In this document: positions 40,610 through 49,725 of the stretch, piece after piece | Position numbering within the stretch: the stretch's first letter is position 1 | Layout: the number at the start of each line of letters is the position of its first letter | NCBI GenBank assembly: GCA_022730015.1 | Contig: DZBU01000005.1 | Span: 1-49,725 of the forward strand | Source of the DNA: Candidatus Elulimicrobium sp. | GTDB lineage: Bacteria > Patescibacteriota > Minisyncoccia > Phycocordibacterales > UBA918 | Reading direction: 5' to 3' | DNA length: 49,725 bases | The notes under the pieces: model-generated | Seen by the model: only the letters and a program-made list of their open reading frames with translations | Told to the model about the DNA's origin: nothing | Databases searched by the model: none | Position numbers and translations under genes: made by a program

Positions 40610-41704
40610 ATGTCTATCCTACTTTTTTTCGTCGTTCTTTTTATACTCATTCTTGTTCATGAGTGGGGGCACTTCATTGTGGCCAAAAAGACAGGGATGC
40701 GTGTTGATGAGTTTGGTATTGGTTTCCCACCAAAACTTTTTGGTGTCAAAAAGGGAGAAACAGAATATACCTTCAATGCATTGCCAATTGGAGGCTTCGT
40801 AAAGATCTGGGGCGAAAATGGTGAAGATCTAACCAACACAGATCAGTCAGTAGATAAGTCGCGTGGTTTTAATGCACGGCCTAAGTGGGCACAGGCCTTG
40901 GTGTTAGTAGCCGGAGTCACTATGAACATATTGTTTGCGTGGTTCTTATTTACTGTTACTAATATGTTGGGGGTACCAATGCCAGTTGATGAGGCCGCCG
41001 CTACTGAAGCAGCTCAACTGTATGTGGTTGGTACGGTACCAGAAAGTCCGGCAGCGGTGTTGCCGGTCGGAGCCATCATCAACACTGTTACTGTGGGTGA
41101 TGTATTACTGGATCAGCCGACTCCTTCAGAATTCACTACGGCAGTACAACAAGCCGGGGAAGTTGGCGTACGGGTCGCGTACACGCACAATGATAGTGCA
41201 GCATCAGTTGAGCTCGTGCCAACAAAAGGGCTGATTGAAAGTGATCCAGAACGATACGCAGTTGGAGCTTCGTTGTCGATGGTCGAAGTTGAAAAAATGG
41301 GCCTCATTGCCGCGGTTGCAGATGGATTTTCTACTACCTGGCATGGCTTAGTGAGTATAACCACGGGACTTTGGTCACTCCTTAGTCAAATCTTTGTTGG
41401 AGAGGCTGACTTCTCTCAGGTCGCAGGACCGGTCGGAATCGTTGGAATGGTGGGTGATGCAGCGTCGTTTGGGATCGTTGCGCTACTTACCTTTACTGCC
41501 ATCATCTCACTCAATTTGGCAGTTATAAACCTACTGCCGTTTCCAGCGCTCGACGGGGGACGATTGGTATTTGTGTTCATTGAAACAGTAACGCGAAAAC
41601 AAATTTCACCAGAATGGGCCGGCCGAGTTAATCTTGTTGGGTTTGCACTGCTAATGCTACTTATGATCGTGGTTACCTATAATGACATTACTCGATTATT
41701 GTAA
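40610..41704 (+). CDS. rseP: RseP-like site-2 metalloprotease (M50) with one PDZ-like domain
   Basis: HEWGH, FGIGFPP, PIGGFVK, NLLPFPALDGG. Confidence 0.92.
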   Translation: MSILLFFVVLFILILVHEWGHFIVAKKTGMRVDEFGIGFPPKLFGVKKGETEYTFNALPIGGFVKIWGENGEDLTNTDQSVDKSRGFNARPKWAQALVLVAGVTMNILFAWFLFTVTNMLGVPMPVDEAAATEAAQLYVVGTVPESPAAVLPVGAIINTVTVGDVLLDQPTPSEFTTAVQQAGEVGVRVAYTHNDSAASVELVPTKGLIESDPERYAVGASLSMVEVEKMGLIAAVADGFSTTWHGLVSITTGLWSLLSQIFVGEADFSQVAGPVGIVGMVGDAASFGIVALLTFTAIISLNLAVINLLPFPALDGGRLVFVFIETVTRKQISPEWAGRVNLVGFALLMLLMIVVTYNDITRLL

Positions 41705-41707
41705 TTT

Positions 41708-42973
41708 ATGCGACAGTCAAAACTCTTTACTAAAACGAAACGTGAGGCGCCAGCCGATGAGGTGGCAAAAAACGCCCAGCTTCTGATCCGCGCAGGATAC
41801 ATATACAAAAATATGGCTGGTGCCTATTCATTCTTACCACTTGGGTTACGAGTGATCGAAAAGATCAATCGGATCATTCGGGAAGAAATGAACGCGATCG
41901 GTGGACAAGAGTTGTATATGCCAAGCCTACAGGATCCGGAACTCTGGAAAAAGACCGATCGCTGGAGTGATGAAAAAGTAGATGTCTGGTTCAAGTCCGA
42001 GTTACAGGCTGGTGGCGATATTGGTTTTGGTTGGACGCACGAAGAGGTGGTAACCGATATCATGCGTCAGTATGTTTCTTCGTATAAAGATCTGCCTTTC
42101 TCGGCATACCAAATCCAGACAAAATTTCGCAACGAAGTGCGTGCTAAAAGCGGCATCATGCGTACGCGTGAATTTTGGATGAAAGACCTGTATTCATTTG
42201 CGGCTACGCAAGAGCAACATGACGCCATGTATGAGGCTGCTGCACAAGCTTATGAGCGAATATTTGATCGAATCGGAATTGGTGAAAAGACCCACAAGAC
42301 ATTTGCGTCTGGTGGCGCATTCAGTAAGTTTAGCCACGAGTATCAAACACTTGCAGAAGCGGGTGAAGATGTTGTCTACGTTTGTGAAGAAAAAGGAATT
42401 GCTGTCAATGAAGAAGTGCTTGAAGAGGTAGACCTTTCTGAGCTTGGGGTAACTCGAGAAGAGCTGGTAAAGAGTAAAAGTATCGAGGTTGGTAACATTT
42501 TCTCTCTCGGTACAAAATTTTCAGAAGCGATTGGTCTTACTTTTAAGGACGAGACTGGTGAGAATTGTCCAGTTATCATGGGTTCGTATGGTATTGGCCC
42601 TGCTCGCTCAATGGGCACTGTTGTGGACTTGCTCGCTGATGAAAAGGGTATTGTCTGGCCAGAAAACATTGCTCCTTTTGCTGTACATCTGGTTGGTCTT
42701 AATCTTGAAGATCCGGAGGTTAATGATTGGGCAGAAGGTGTCTACAATGCATTCAGTGACCGTGGAGTAGAGGTATTGTTTGACGACCGCGACCTGCGAC
42801 CAGGAGAAAAATTTGCTGATAGCGATTTGCTTGGACTACCGTATCGAGTAGTTGTTAGCAGAAAGGGTAAAGAAGCAGGTACGTTTGAGGTTGTGACGAG
42901 AAAGACAGGTGAAGTACGAAATCTCACTGAGGAGGAGATGTACGCTGATTTCGATAATGATCCTGAGACGTAA
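41708..42973 (+). CDS. proS: Proline--tRNA ligase (short form, no INS editing domain)
   Basis: MRQSKLF, QIQTKFRNEVRAKSGIMRTREF, EVGNIFSLG, MGSYGIG, GEKFADSDLLG. Confidence 0.96.
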   Translation: MRQSKLFTKTKREAPADEVAKNAQLLIRAGYIYKNMAGAYSFLPLGLRVIEKINRIIREEMNAIGGQELYMPSLQDPELWKKTDRWSDEKVDVWFKSELQAGGDIGFGWTHEEVVTDIMRQYVSSYKDLPFSAYQIQTKFRNEVRAKSGIMRTREFWMKDLYSFAATQEQHDAMYEAAAQAYERIFDRIGIGEKTHKTFASGGAFSKFSHEYQTLAEAGEDVVYVCEEKGIAVNEEVLEEVDLSELGVTREELVKSKSIEVGNIFSLGTKFSEAIGLTFKDETGENCPVIMGSYGIGPARSMGTVVDLLADEKGIVWPENIAPFAVHLVGLNLEDPEVNDWAEGVYNAFSDRGVEVLFDDRDLRPGEKFADSDLLGLPYRVVVSRKGKEAGTFEVVTRKTGEVRNLTEEEMYADFDNDPET

Positions 42974-42977
42974 AAGA

Positions 42978-43014
42978 AAAAGCGGGCGCCCCCCATAGAG
43001 GCGCCCGCTTTTTC
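42978..43014 (+). terminator. Intrinsic terminator of proS
   Basis: aaaagcgggcgcc-loop-ggcgcccgctttt. Confidence 0.85.
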
Positions 43015-43036
43015 TTTTTGAGTAGCGTGTAGTACA

Positions 43037-44116
43037 ATGGCAGAAATGAACGTATTTACGCGACAATTAAACGCGCTTCTTTCGACTGTATCGACGGACA
43101 TTGCTATCGACCTCGGTACAGCAAATACGCTAGTGTATGTAAAAGGAAAAGGAATTGTACTTAATGAACCAACGATCGTTGCAATAAACAAAAAGACGGG
43201 TCAGCTGGTGGCGGTCGGCAACGAAGCCAAAGCCATGCAAGGTCGAACCCCTACCCATATTGATGTGGTGCGCCCGCTGGTGGATGGCGTTATTTCAGAT
43301 TTTGAAGTAGCTGAAGAAATGTTGGCATATCTCATCGGTAGAGTGCGAAGTGATATGCGTTCGTTAATTGCTCCTCGGATGTTGATTGGAGTACCTTCAG
43401 GAATTACGAACGTAGAAATGCGAGCGGCACGTGATGCTGCCAAAAACGCGGGCGCGCGTGATGTTTTTTTGATTGAAGAACCAGTGGCTGCAGCAATCGG
43501 AGCCAAACTCCCAATCCAAAAAGCAGTCGGAAGCATGATCGTTGATATCGGTGGCGGTACGACTGATATTGCTGTTCTTTCACTTAACGGATTGGTTGTA
43601 TCACGGAATCTACGCGTCGCAGGAGATCATCTCAATATGTCGATCATGTCGTACATACGAGATCAATTTAAAGTACATGTTGGAGAAAAAACAGCGGAAG
43701 ATGCCAAGATTGCGCTTGCTTCTATCTCACATACTGAAGCAGGAAAAGAATTGGTGGCACGAGGTCGTGATGTGGTTACCGGCTTGCCGCGTGAAGTGGT
43801 GATTACAGATGCTGATGTGCGAGATGCAGTCTCGAGTCAGGTCGATACGATCGTTGAAACAGTGAAGAGTGTTCTTGAGACAACTCCTCCTGAGGTGTTG
43901 GCAGATATTATGCAGCGAGGCATTCATCTTTCTGGTGGTGGCGCACTTATTCCTGGTCTCGCCTCACTGCTAGAACACGCGTTACAGGTGCCAGTCATTG
44001 TCGTGCCTGACCCTTTGCGAGCAGTGATCCGTGGAGCAGGGATAGTTATAGAGAATCTTGATGCTTATCAGGAAATATTGATCGATCATGAAGGTGCGAT
44101 CGCGACACAACTCTAA
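43037..44116 (+). CDS. mreB: Rod shape-determining protein MreB (copy 2)
   Basis: AIDLGTANT, DGVISDF, VDIGGGTTD, LSGGGAL; first gene of the mre operon. Confidence 0.95.
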   Translation: MAEMNVFTRQLNALLSTVSTDIAIDLGTANTLVYVKGKGIVLNEPTIVAINKKTGQLVAVGNEAKAMQGRTPTHIDVVRPLVDGVISDFEVAEEMLAYLIGRVRSDMRSLIAPRMLIGVPSGITNVEMRAARDAAKNAGARDVFLIEEPVAAAIGAKLPIQKAVGSMIVDIGGGTTDIAVLSLNGLVVSRNLRVAGDHLNMSIMSYIRDQFKVHVGEKTAEDAKIALASISHTEAGKELVARGRDVVTGLPREVVITDADVRDAVSSQVDTIVETVKSVLETTPPEVLADIMQRGIHLSGGGALIPGLASLLEHALQVPVIVVPDPLRAVIRGAGIVIENLDAYQEILIDHEGAIATQL

Positions 44117-45008
44117 ACAGCAACGAATCTTTCGGGTTGTCGGTATTAGTATCGCAGTTATTTTGTTTGGCATGATCATGCCGCGCCTTATTTCGACAAC
44201 GGTTTCAGTAGTAATGACCCCCGTTCATGGAATCAATCAATGGTTTGAGAATTCTTCAAGCCTAGTGCCAAGTTTTTTTCGTGATCGCCGTGCTTTGCAG
44301 GCTCAGATCAATGATCTTGAACATCAGTTGACACTGTCTGAACGAAGTACACTCACCCAAGTTCGATTGGCACAAGAAAATGACAGATTGCGAAAACTTC
44401 TTGGTGCCGACGAAGAAGAGCGAGTTGTGGCAGCGATCACTGCACGACCAAATGAACTGCCGTACGATCTTCTTCAGATCGATCGTGGAGCTGATCATGG
44501 TATCGAAATCGGTGCCCCTGTTTTCATTGGTAAAGACATGGTGATTGGTCTCATTGTACACGTGACGCCAAAGTATTCTTTTGCCGAATTGATCACAACT
44601 CCTGGTTTTTCAGCTTCAGCATTTATCGCAGGAGTGAACGTTGTCGTCTCTATGGAAGGAATGGGTGGGGGAGTAGCGAGAGTGCGCGTGCCACAAGGGG
44701 TGCCGCTTTCGGTGGGTGATTTGGTGTATTTACCAAGTGTTGAGCCAGGTGTTTTTGGGAGCATTGCACATTTGGAAAACCTTCCAACACAACCAGAACA
44801 GTATGGGTATATTTCCCCTGACACATCACTCTCTAGTATTTATTGGGTAAGTGTAGGAAAACAGTCTCAGCTCGCTCGTTCACCAGCAGAGATCGACGAA
44901 CAGGTCCGTGCCATAGTCGAACAGAGTTTGTCTTTTAATAGTGAAGAAATATCAATTACTACTGCTACCGGCACCGCAACCAGCAGTGAAGAGGTGGTGG
45001 TTGAATAA
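44088..45008 (+). CDS. mreC: Rod shape-determining protein MreC
   Basis: N-terminal TM, ENDRLRKLLG coiled coil, IDRGADHGIEIGAPV; follows mreB. Confidence 0.88.
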   Translation: MKVRSRHNSKQQRIFRVVGISIAVILFGMIMPRLISTTVSVVMTPVHGINQWFENSSSLVPSFFRDRRALQAQINDLEHQLTLSERSTLTQVRLAQENDRLRKLLGADEEERVVAAITARPNELPYDLLQIDRGADHGIEIGAPVFIGKDMVIGLIVHVTPKYSFAELITTPGFSASAFIAGVNVVVSMEGMGGGVARVRVPQGVPLSVGDLVYLPSVEPGVFGSIAHLENLPTQPEQYGYISPDTSLSSIYWVSVGKQSQLARSPAEIDEQVRAIVEQSLSFNSEEISITTATGTATSSEEVVVE

Positions 45009-45012
45009 GCTT

Positions 45013-45276
45013 ATGGCTACGCTCCTAGCAATCGTGTTATATGTCAGTATTTGCTTCTCAATCATGCAGAATTGGCTGCTGTTTGCTAGTTTATGCATAC
45101 TCATGTTCAGTGTTCGCTATGGGGCGATCATGCTTATACCACTAGCGATAGTGCTTGATGGTTACTATGGAAATTACCACACTATTCCTTATTTGAGTTT
45201 TATAACTGTGTGGTGGTATGTCGTTGTCGAGTATATGCGACCAAAAATACTCGGTCCTGATATGATAAAAGTATGA
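45013..45276 (+). CDS. Small membrane protein in the mreD position (87 aa)
   Basis: About three hydrophobic segments with a LDGYYG loop; between mreC and pbp2 with an ATGA overlap. Confidence 0.6.
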   Translation: MATLLAIVLYVSICFSIMQNWLLFASLCILMFSVRYGAIMLIPLAIVLDGYYGNYHTIPYLSFITVWWYVVVEYMRPKILGPDMIKV

Positions 45277-46979
45277 GCAGTTTAAAAGACCGATATTTAA
45301 AGCAGGTAGATGTTGATGAGGTACTTCTTGATGCCTCAAACATTCCAGCTTTTAACCATGCTCGCATGGAAGGTAAAAGAGAGTTACCAATTCATCGTTA
45401 TAGTATCTGGACAGTGGGCGGAATATTTTTGGCGGTAGCTGTGGTTTTTTGGGGTAAAATCTTTTTCTTACAGGTCGTTCATGGTGAAGAATATCGTACG
45501 ATCGCCGACAACAATAGTGTCGATAAAGCATTGATAATCGCCGAACGTGGAGTTGTTTATGACCGGAGAGGGGAGATGTTGGTTTGGAATGAAGTTGATG
45601 AATCGGGAGAGTATGATTTCCCAATTCGAGCTTATACCAATCGTGCTGGCTTGGGGCAGGTACTCGGTTATGTTAGTTATCCCAAAAAAGACAGTCGTGG
45701 TTTCTTTTTTCGTACGGACTACTTAGGGCGCAGTGGAGCAGAGCTGGCTTTTGATGGTATGCTGAAGGGTCAAAATGGCAGCAAGATCGTTCAGGTTGAT
45801 GCTCTCGGTGAGGTGATCGGGGAATTTGCTATTGATGCACCAGTTTCAGGAGGTGCAGTCACTCTTTCGATCGATGCTGAACTTTCTGAAGCGATGTACA
45901 ACATTATTGCAACTTCGAGCTTACAAGCTGGTTTCCGTAGTGGTGCCGGTGCCATTATGGATATCCATACTGGCGAAATATTGGCATTAACGAGCTTTCC
46001 TTCGTTTGATCCAGAGGTCATGGCTGATGGTGATGATACTGCCTTGATCAGTGAATACAACAGTGATGACCGTCTACCGTTTCTGAATAAGGTCATTAGT
46101 GGAGCTTATACCCCAGGGTCGATCGTGAAGCCATTTGTTGCGTATGCAGCCCTTGAACATGGCGTTATCTCGCCAGAGAAGGTTATTGTTAGTAATGGTT
46201 ATTTGCTTGTCCCAAATCCATATAATCCAAGCAATCCATCCCGTTTCAATGACTGGCGAGTACAGGGGCCAATGACCATGCGCGAAGCCATCGCCTTTTC
46301 TTCGAACGTGTACTTTTATATCATCGGTGGTGGATATGGTGAACAGCCCGGCCTCGGTATTACCAAGATGGCTGAAAATTACCGTCGTTTTGGCATGGGA
46401 GAACTTACGGGAATAAATTTAGCGGAAGAACAAAGTGGTGTGGTGCCTGATCCGGCTTGGAAGAAAGAAGTATTCGATGATGACTGGAGGCTAGGCGATA
46501 CTTACTTTACGGCCATCGGCCAATTTGGTTTTTTAACGACGCCGATTCAGATGCTTCGTGCGTACGCAGCGCTTGCAAACGGTGGTTATTTAGTTAATCC
46601 GCATGCCGAACTTGGTAAGCAAAGTGAGAAACAAGACATCAAGATCGACCAAAGTTTAATGCAGATCGTACATGAGGGTATGCGTAAGACAGTCAATTAT
46701 GACGGGGGAACAGCACGTTCGCTTGAGCGAAAGGACGTTGCGATCGCCGCTAAATCGGGTACGGCTGAAGTGGGCGCAGGGAATGCATATGTTAACTCTT
46801 GGGCGGCTGGTTTTTGGCCGTATGAAGATCCGCAGTATGCCTTCATTCTCATGATGGACAAAGCGCCACGAAGCAATGCGCTCGGTGCTACTCGTATCAT
46901 GGGTGATGTGGTGGACTGGATGAGTGTTAATCGTCCAGAGTATTTAGGAATTGAAAAAACAGACACTTTGGATATTTGA
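45273..46979 (+). CDS. mrdA: Penicillin-binding protein 2 (class B transpeptidase)
   Basis: ERGVVYDRRG, PGSIVK (SxxK), SSN (SxN), KSGTAE. Confidence 0.92.
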   Translation: MSSLKDRYLKQVDVDEVLLDASNIPAFNHARMEGKRELPIHRYSIWTVGGIFLAVAVVFWGKIFFLQVVHGEEYRTIADNNSVDKALIIAERGVVYDRRGEMLVWNEVDESGEYDFPIRAYTNRAGLGQVLGYVSYPKKDSRGFFFRTDYLGRSGAELAFDGMLKGQNGSKIVQVDALGEVIGEFAIDAPVSGGAVTLSIDAELSEAMYNIIATSSLQAGFRSGAGAIMDIHTGEILALTSFPSFDPEVMADGDDTALISEYNSDDRLPFLNKVISGAYTPGSIVKPFVAYAALEHGVISPEKVIVSNGYLLVPNPYNPSNPSRFNDWRVQGPMTMREAIAFSSNVYFYIIGGGYGEQPGLGITKMAENYRRFGMGELTGINLAEEQSGVVPDPAWKKEVFDDDWRLGDTYFTAIGQFGFLTTPIQMLRAYAALANGGYLVNPHAELGKQSEKQDIKIDQSLMQIVHEGMRKTVNYDGGTARSLERKDVAIAAKSGTAEVGAGNAYVNSWAAGFWPYEDPQYAFILMMDKAPRSNALGATRIMGDVVDWMSVNRPEYLGIEKTDTLDI

Positions 46980-47124
46980 GGCGTCCAGGAAATGACCTAG
47001 TTTTTAGTGAGAGCTCTGCTCGACCATAAAAACGGAAATACCCTTGTGGTGTGCGCTAGGGCTTGCGCAAATTCGGACGTAAGTTCGCAATAGTCAGCTT
47101 TGCCTCGTTTGCTTACTTAAAACA

Positions 47125-47152
47125 TTGACCCGGGCAACTTCCTGCGTATAAT
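47125..47152 (+). promoter_or_regulatory. Sigma70 promoter of greA
   Basis: TTGACC-16 nt-TATAAT. Confidence 0.65.
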
Positions 47153-47171
47153 TAGAGAAATTTTTAACGTT

Positions 47172-47642
47172 ATGAATGATACACACGCCTTTTTAACCCC
47201 AGAAAAGTTCAACGAACTAAAGAAGGAACTTGAACATTTGAAGACCGTTCGCCGCAAGGAGGTAGCAGAGTCACTCGAATATGCCCGGAGCCTTGGTGAC
47301 CTTTCAGAAAATGCTGAGTATCAAGAAGCACGCGACATGCAGGCAGCGATCGAAGAGCGAATTAGCTATCTTGAGAAAACCATCAAGGAAGCAAAGATCG
47401 TTTCACCAGATAATCATGGGGATGTTGTAGGGCTTGGTTCAATGGTTTCGATTCAAAAAGACGGTGATAAGGATAAAAAAGAGTACAACATTGTTGGTTC
47501 AGATGAAGCAAATATTCACGAGCGTAAGCTTTCATATCTCTCACCCCTTGGTGAAGCGCTCATGGGAAAGAAAAAGGGCGATGAGTTTGAGTTTGAGACA
47601 CCAGTTGGAAAGCAGAAGTATAAAGTCCTAAAAGTCGAATAG
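47172..47642 (+). CDS. greA: Transcription elongation factor GreA
   Basis: GDLSENAEY, SPLGEALMGK. Confidence 0.97.
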   Translation: MNDTHAFLTPEKFNELKKELEHLKTVRRKEVAESLEYARSLGDLSENAEYQEARDMQAAIEERISYLEKTIKEAKIVSPDNHGDVVGLGSMVSIQKDGDKDKKEYNIVGSDEANIHERKLSYLSPLGEALMGKKKGDEFEFETPVGKQKYKVLKVE

Positions 47643-47650
47643 GAAAAAGA

Positions 47651-47680
47651 AAAGACCGGCCCCTACGGGGCCGGTCTTTC
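47651..47680 (+). terminator. Intrinsic terminator of greA
   Basis: aaagaccggcccc-tac-ggggccggtcttt. Confidence 0.8.
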
Positions 47681-47742
47681 GTTGAAGATAGATTATCCTG
47701 TTGGCCTTGGCTTTTTTCTTTACCCACGCTAGTATAAGCAAC

Positions 47743-49236
47743 ATGTCAAACATCGAGGATCTACGAGCCGATCGCGAACGCAAGATCGCCCGCTTACAAG
47801 AATTGGGAATGAATCCCTACCCAACAAAAGCCAACATCACTCACAGTATCGTGGAAGTGGTAGATAATTTTGAAACCCTCCTAGCAGTGGCGGAAGATGT
47901 CATAGTGGGTGGTCGCGTGATGGCCTTTCGTGAACATGGTGCCATTGCCTTCATGGACGTCATGGACGGTACTGGCAAGCTCCAAGCCTTCTGTTCAAGA
48001 GAAGAAATGGGCGAAGAGTCGTTCTCGCAGCTGCTTGAAGTATTGAGTACGGGCGACTTTGTGGAAGTGACCGGCCCAACGTATCTGACCAAGCGTGGCA
48101 CCAATGCCATTTTGGTAAAGGAGTGGCGGGTACTCAGCAAAGCGCTTCAAAATATCCCGACCGAACATTTCGGTATTAAGGATGAAGAAGAGCGCTACCG
48201 TAAACGATACCTCGACTTGCTGCTCGATGAAGAAACTCGTGACCTCTTCGTCAAAAAAGCTCTCTTTTGGGATACCGTTCGCGACTTTATGAAGCGGCAT
48301 GGTTTTCTCGAAGTCGATACTCCAACGCTCGAGGTAACCACTGGTGGAGCCGAAGCGCGGCCATTCGTTACTCATCATAACGATTTCGACATGGGTGTGT
48401 ATCTACGCATCTCGGTGGGTGAGTTGTGGCAGAAGCGCCTCATGGCAGCTGGTTTTCCAAAGACCTTCGAGATCGGTCGCGCCTACCGCAATGAAGGAAG
48501 CAGCCCAGAGCATCTTCAGGAATTCACCAACTGCGAATTCTACTGGGCATACGCCGATTACCAAGCTGGTATGAAACTTGTTCGTGAACTGTATATTGAA
48601 ATTGCCGAGAAGGTGTTCGGTACAACTAAATTCGAAGCTCGTGGACACAGCTTTGACCTGGCTGATGGGTGGCGAGAGATCGACTATGTGAGTGAAGTGG
48701 AAAAGCAAACTGGCATCAATGTTCTCACTGCCTCGGAAGACGACATGCGTGCCAAGCTTACCGAGCTCGGCGTACAGTACGAGGGCGAAAACCGTGAGCG
48801 CCTCACCGACACGCTTTGGAAGTACTGCCGTAAAAATATTTCTGGTCCGGCTTTTCTTGTTAATCATCCCAAGCTCGTTGCGCCACTCGCGAAGACACGT
48901 GCCGATGGGCAGACGGTCGAGCTCTTCCAACCGATCATCGCGGGTAGCGAAGTAGGGAAGGGCTACAGCGAGCTTAATGATCCAATCGATCAACGCCAGC
49001 GTTTTGAAACCCAAAAGCAACTCCTCGAAGCCGGTGATGAAGAAGCGATGATGCCTGACTGGGACTTTGTTGAAATGCTCGAATACGGCATGCCACCAAC
49101 CTGCGGCTTTGGTTTTGGTGAGCGCCTTTTCTCCTTCCTGGCCGGTAAGCCGATCCGTGAGACGCAACTGTTCCCACTGATGAGACCGAAGCATGAAGCA
49201 AGTTCAGAGCGAAATGTAGAAATATCTAGTGAGTAG
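47743..49236 (+). CDS. lysS: Lysine--tRNA ligase (class II)
   Basis: RYRKRYLDL, GGAEARPF, YRNEG, YSELNDP, EYGMPPTCGFGFG; ATG 47743 lies 7 nt after TAGTAT. Confidence 0.97.
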   Translation: MSNIEDLRADRERKIARLQELGMNPYPTKANITHSIVEVVDNFETLLAVAEDVIVGGRVMAFREHGAIAFMDVMDGTGKLQAFCSREEMGEESFSQLLEVLSTGDFVEVTGPTYLTKRGTNAILVKEWRVLSKALQNIPTEHFGIKDEEERYRKRYLDLLLDEETRDLFVKKALFWDTVRDFMKRHGFLEVDTPTLEVTTGGAEARPFVTHHNDFDMGVYLRISVGELWQKRLMAAGFPKTFEIGRAYRNEGSSPEHLQEFTNCEFYWAYADYQAGMKLVRELYIEIAEKVFGTTKFEARGHSFDLADGWREIDYVSEVEKQTGINVLTASEDDMRAKLTELGVQYEGENRERLTDTLWKYCRKNISGPAFLVNHPKLVAPLAKTRADGQTVELFQPIIAGSEVGKGYSELNDPIDQRQRFETQKQLLEAGDEEAMMPDWDFVEMLEYGMPPTCGFGFGERLFSFLAGKPIRETQLFPLMRPKHEASSERNVEISSE

Positions 49237-49250
49237 AAATATTTAAAAAC

Positions 49251-49286
49251 AAAAAACGGCGCCGACTTAGTCGGCGCCGTTTTTTT
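49251..49286 (+). terminator. Intrinsic terminator of lysS
   Basis: aaaaaacggcgccgac-tta-gtcggcgccgtttttt. Confidence 0.88.
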
Positions 49287-49324
49287 GTTCCTCGCTACTT
49301 CACTTGCCAAGTTATCCACCGAAA

Positions 49325-49391
49325 GTGGGGTGGGTGAGATTGTTAGTGGGTTAAAGTGGTATACAATGTGAGAGTGGTGGGAGATAGTGGT
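49325..49391 (+). promoter_or_regulatory. MraZ-binding GTGG repeat array and dcw promoter
   Basis: GTGG(G/T) at 49325, 49330, 49346, 49356, 49374, 49377, 49387 with several 10-bp spacings, directly upstream of mraZ; -10-like TACAAT and TACTAT interleaved. Confidence 0.75.
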
Positions 49392-49492
49392 ATACTATGA
49401 AAATAGTAGACCGGAGCTAGTTTGGCAATCCGCCACAAAAATCTCCACATTATTTGTGGAGGATTGCCAGACTAGCTCGAGCTATCAAGTTT

Positions 49493-49725
49493 ATGTTAAT
49501 TGGCGAATACAAGCACACGTTGGATCCTAAGAAACGGCTGTCCTTGCCGTCTAAATGGCGCAAGGAACTTGGGAAAAAGCTTGTCGTCACCCGTGGACTT
49601 GATAACTGTCTCTTTGTATATCCGCTCAAAGAGTGGCAGAAGATCACTGAAAAAATTGGTCAACTGCCGCTCGGCCAAGCGGACACAAGAAGTTTCAATC
49701 GATTCTTCTTATCAGGAGCAGTAGA
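49493..49725 (+). CDS. mraZ: Division/cell wall cluster transcriptional repressor MraZ (partial, runs off the window)
   Basis: Manual translation from ATG 49493: MLIGEYKHTLDPKKRLSLPSKWRKELGKKLVVTRGLDNCLFVYP...; absent from the ORF track because no stop falls in the window. Confidence 0.95.
   Translation, partial: MLIGEYKHTLDPKKRLSLPSKWRKELGKKLVVTRGLDNCLFVYPLKEWQKITEKIGQLPLGQADTRSFNRFFLSGAV

Noticed and set aside
46980-47120. 6S RNA or riboswitch between pbp2 and greA
   Set aside because: Only short stems were found and no recognisable consensus on either strand; an Rfam scan would be needed.
48403-49194. 263-aa antisense ORF within lysS and similar antisense ORFs in atpA and gpmI
   Set aside because: Antisense shadows of conserved genes caused by codon bias; no motifs or expression signals.
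49312-49320. Replication origin from the DnaA-box-like TTATCCACC
   Set aside because: Single imperfect box with no cluster, no unwinding element and no dnaA nearby.
49500-49724. 74-aa ORF in the supplied track
   Set aside because: Wrong frame; the real gene is mraZ starting at 49493.

Overview
Chromosomal segment of a small-genome Patescibacteria (CPR) bacterium, probably Parcubacteria. This is inferred from the gene set (minimal F1Fo operon with short delta and epsilon, stand-alone VirD4-like ATPase, HTH-MurA, short HolB and ProRS, giant GNVGIGT-repeat protein) and from TGA used as a stop (code 11). Left to right: a DCC-family thiol protein; a 2109-aa secreted modular fibre/adhesin with a peptidase-S74-type autocleavage chaperone domain; ung and mutM; tRNA-Asn followed by an accessory-rich region (truncated response regulator, atpBEFHAGDC, SulP, zincin, NhaD, tspO pseudogene, small orphans, a PRTase, gpmI, eno); grx, hpf, fmt, def, a priA pseudohelicase; HTH-murA divergent from mreB; a VirD4-like ATPase with two large unknown proteins; holB, frr, rseP, proS, mreB-mreC-(mini mreD)-pbp2, greA, lysS; and the 5' part of mraZ, which the ORF track misses. 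No CRISPR array, rRNA, transposase, integrase or prophage was seen. Best leads: the modular fibre with exact DNA repeats at module joints, an apparent autoregulatory operator for HTH-MurA, the VirD4-like three-gene locus, a glutaredoxin with an RNR-like CxxCEG tail, a rebuilt ATP synthase, and two switch-like leader RNAs. All calls come from motif reading by eye; no database searches were run.
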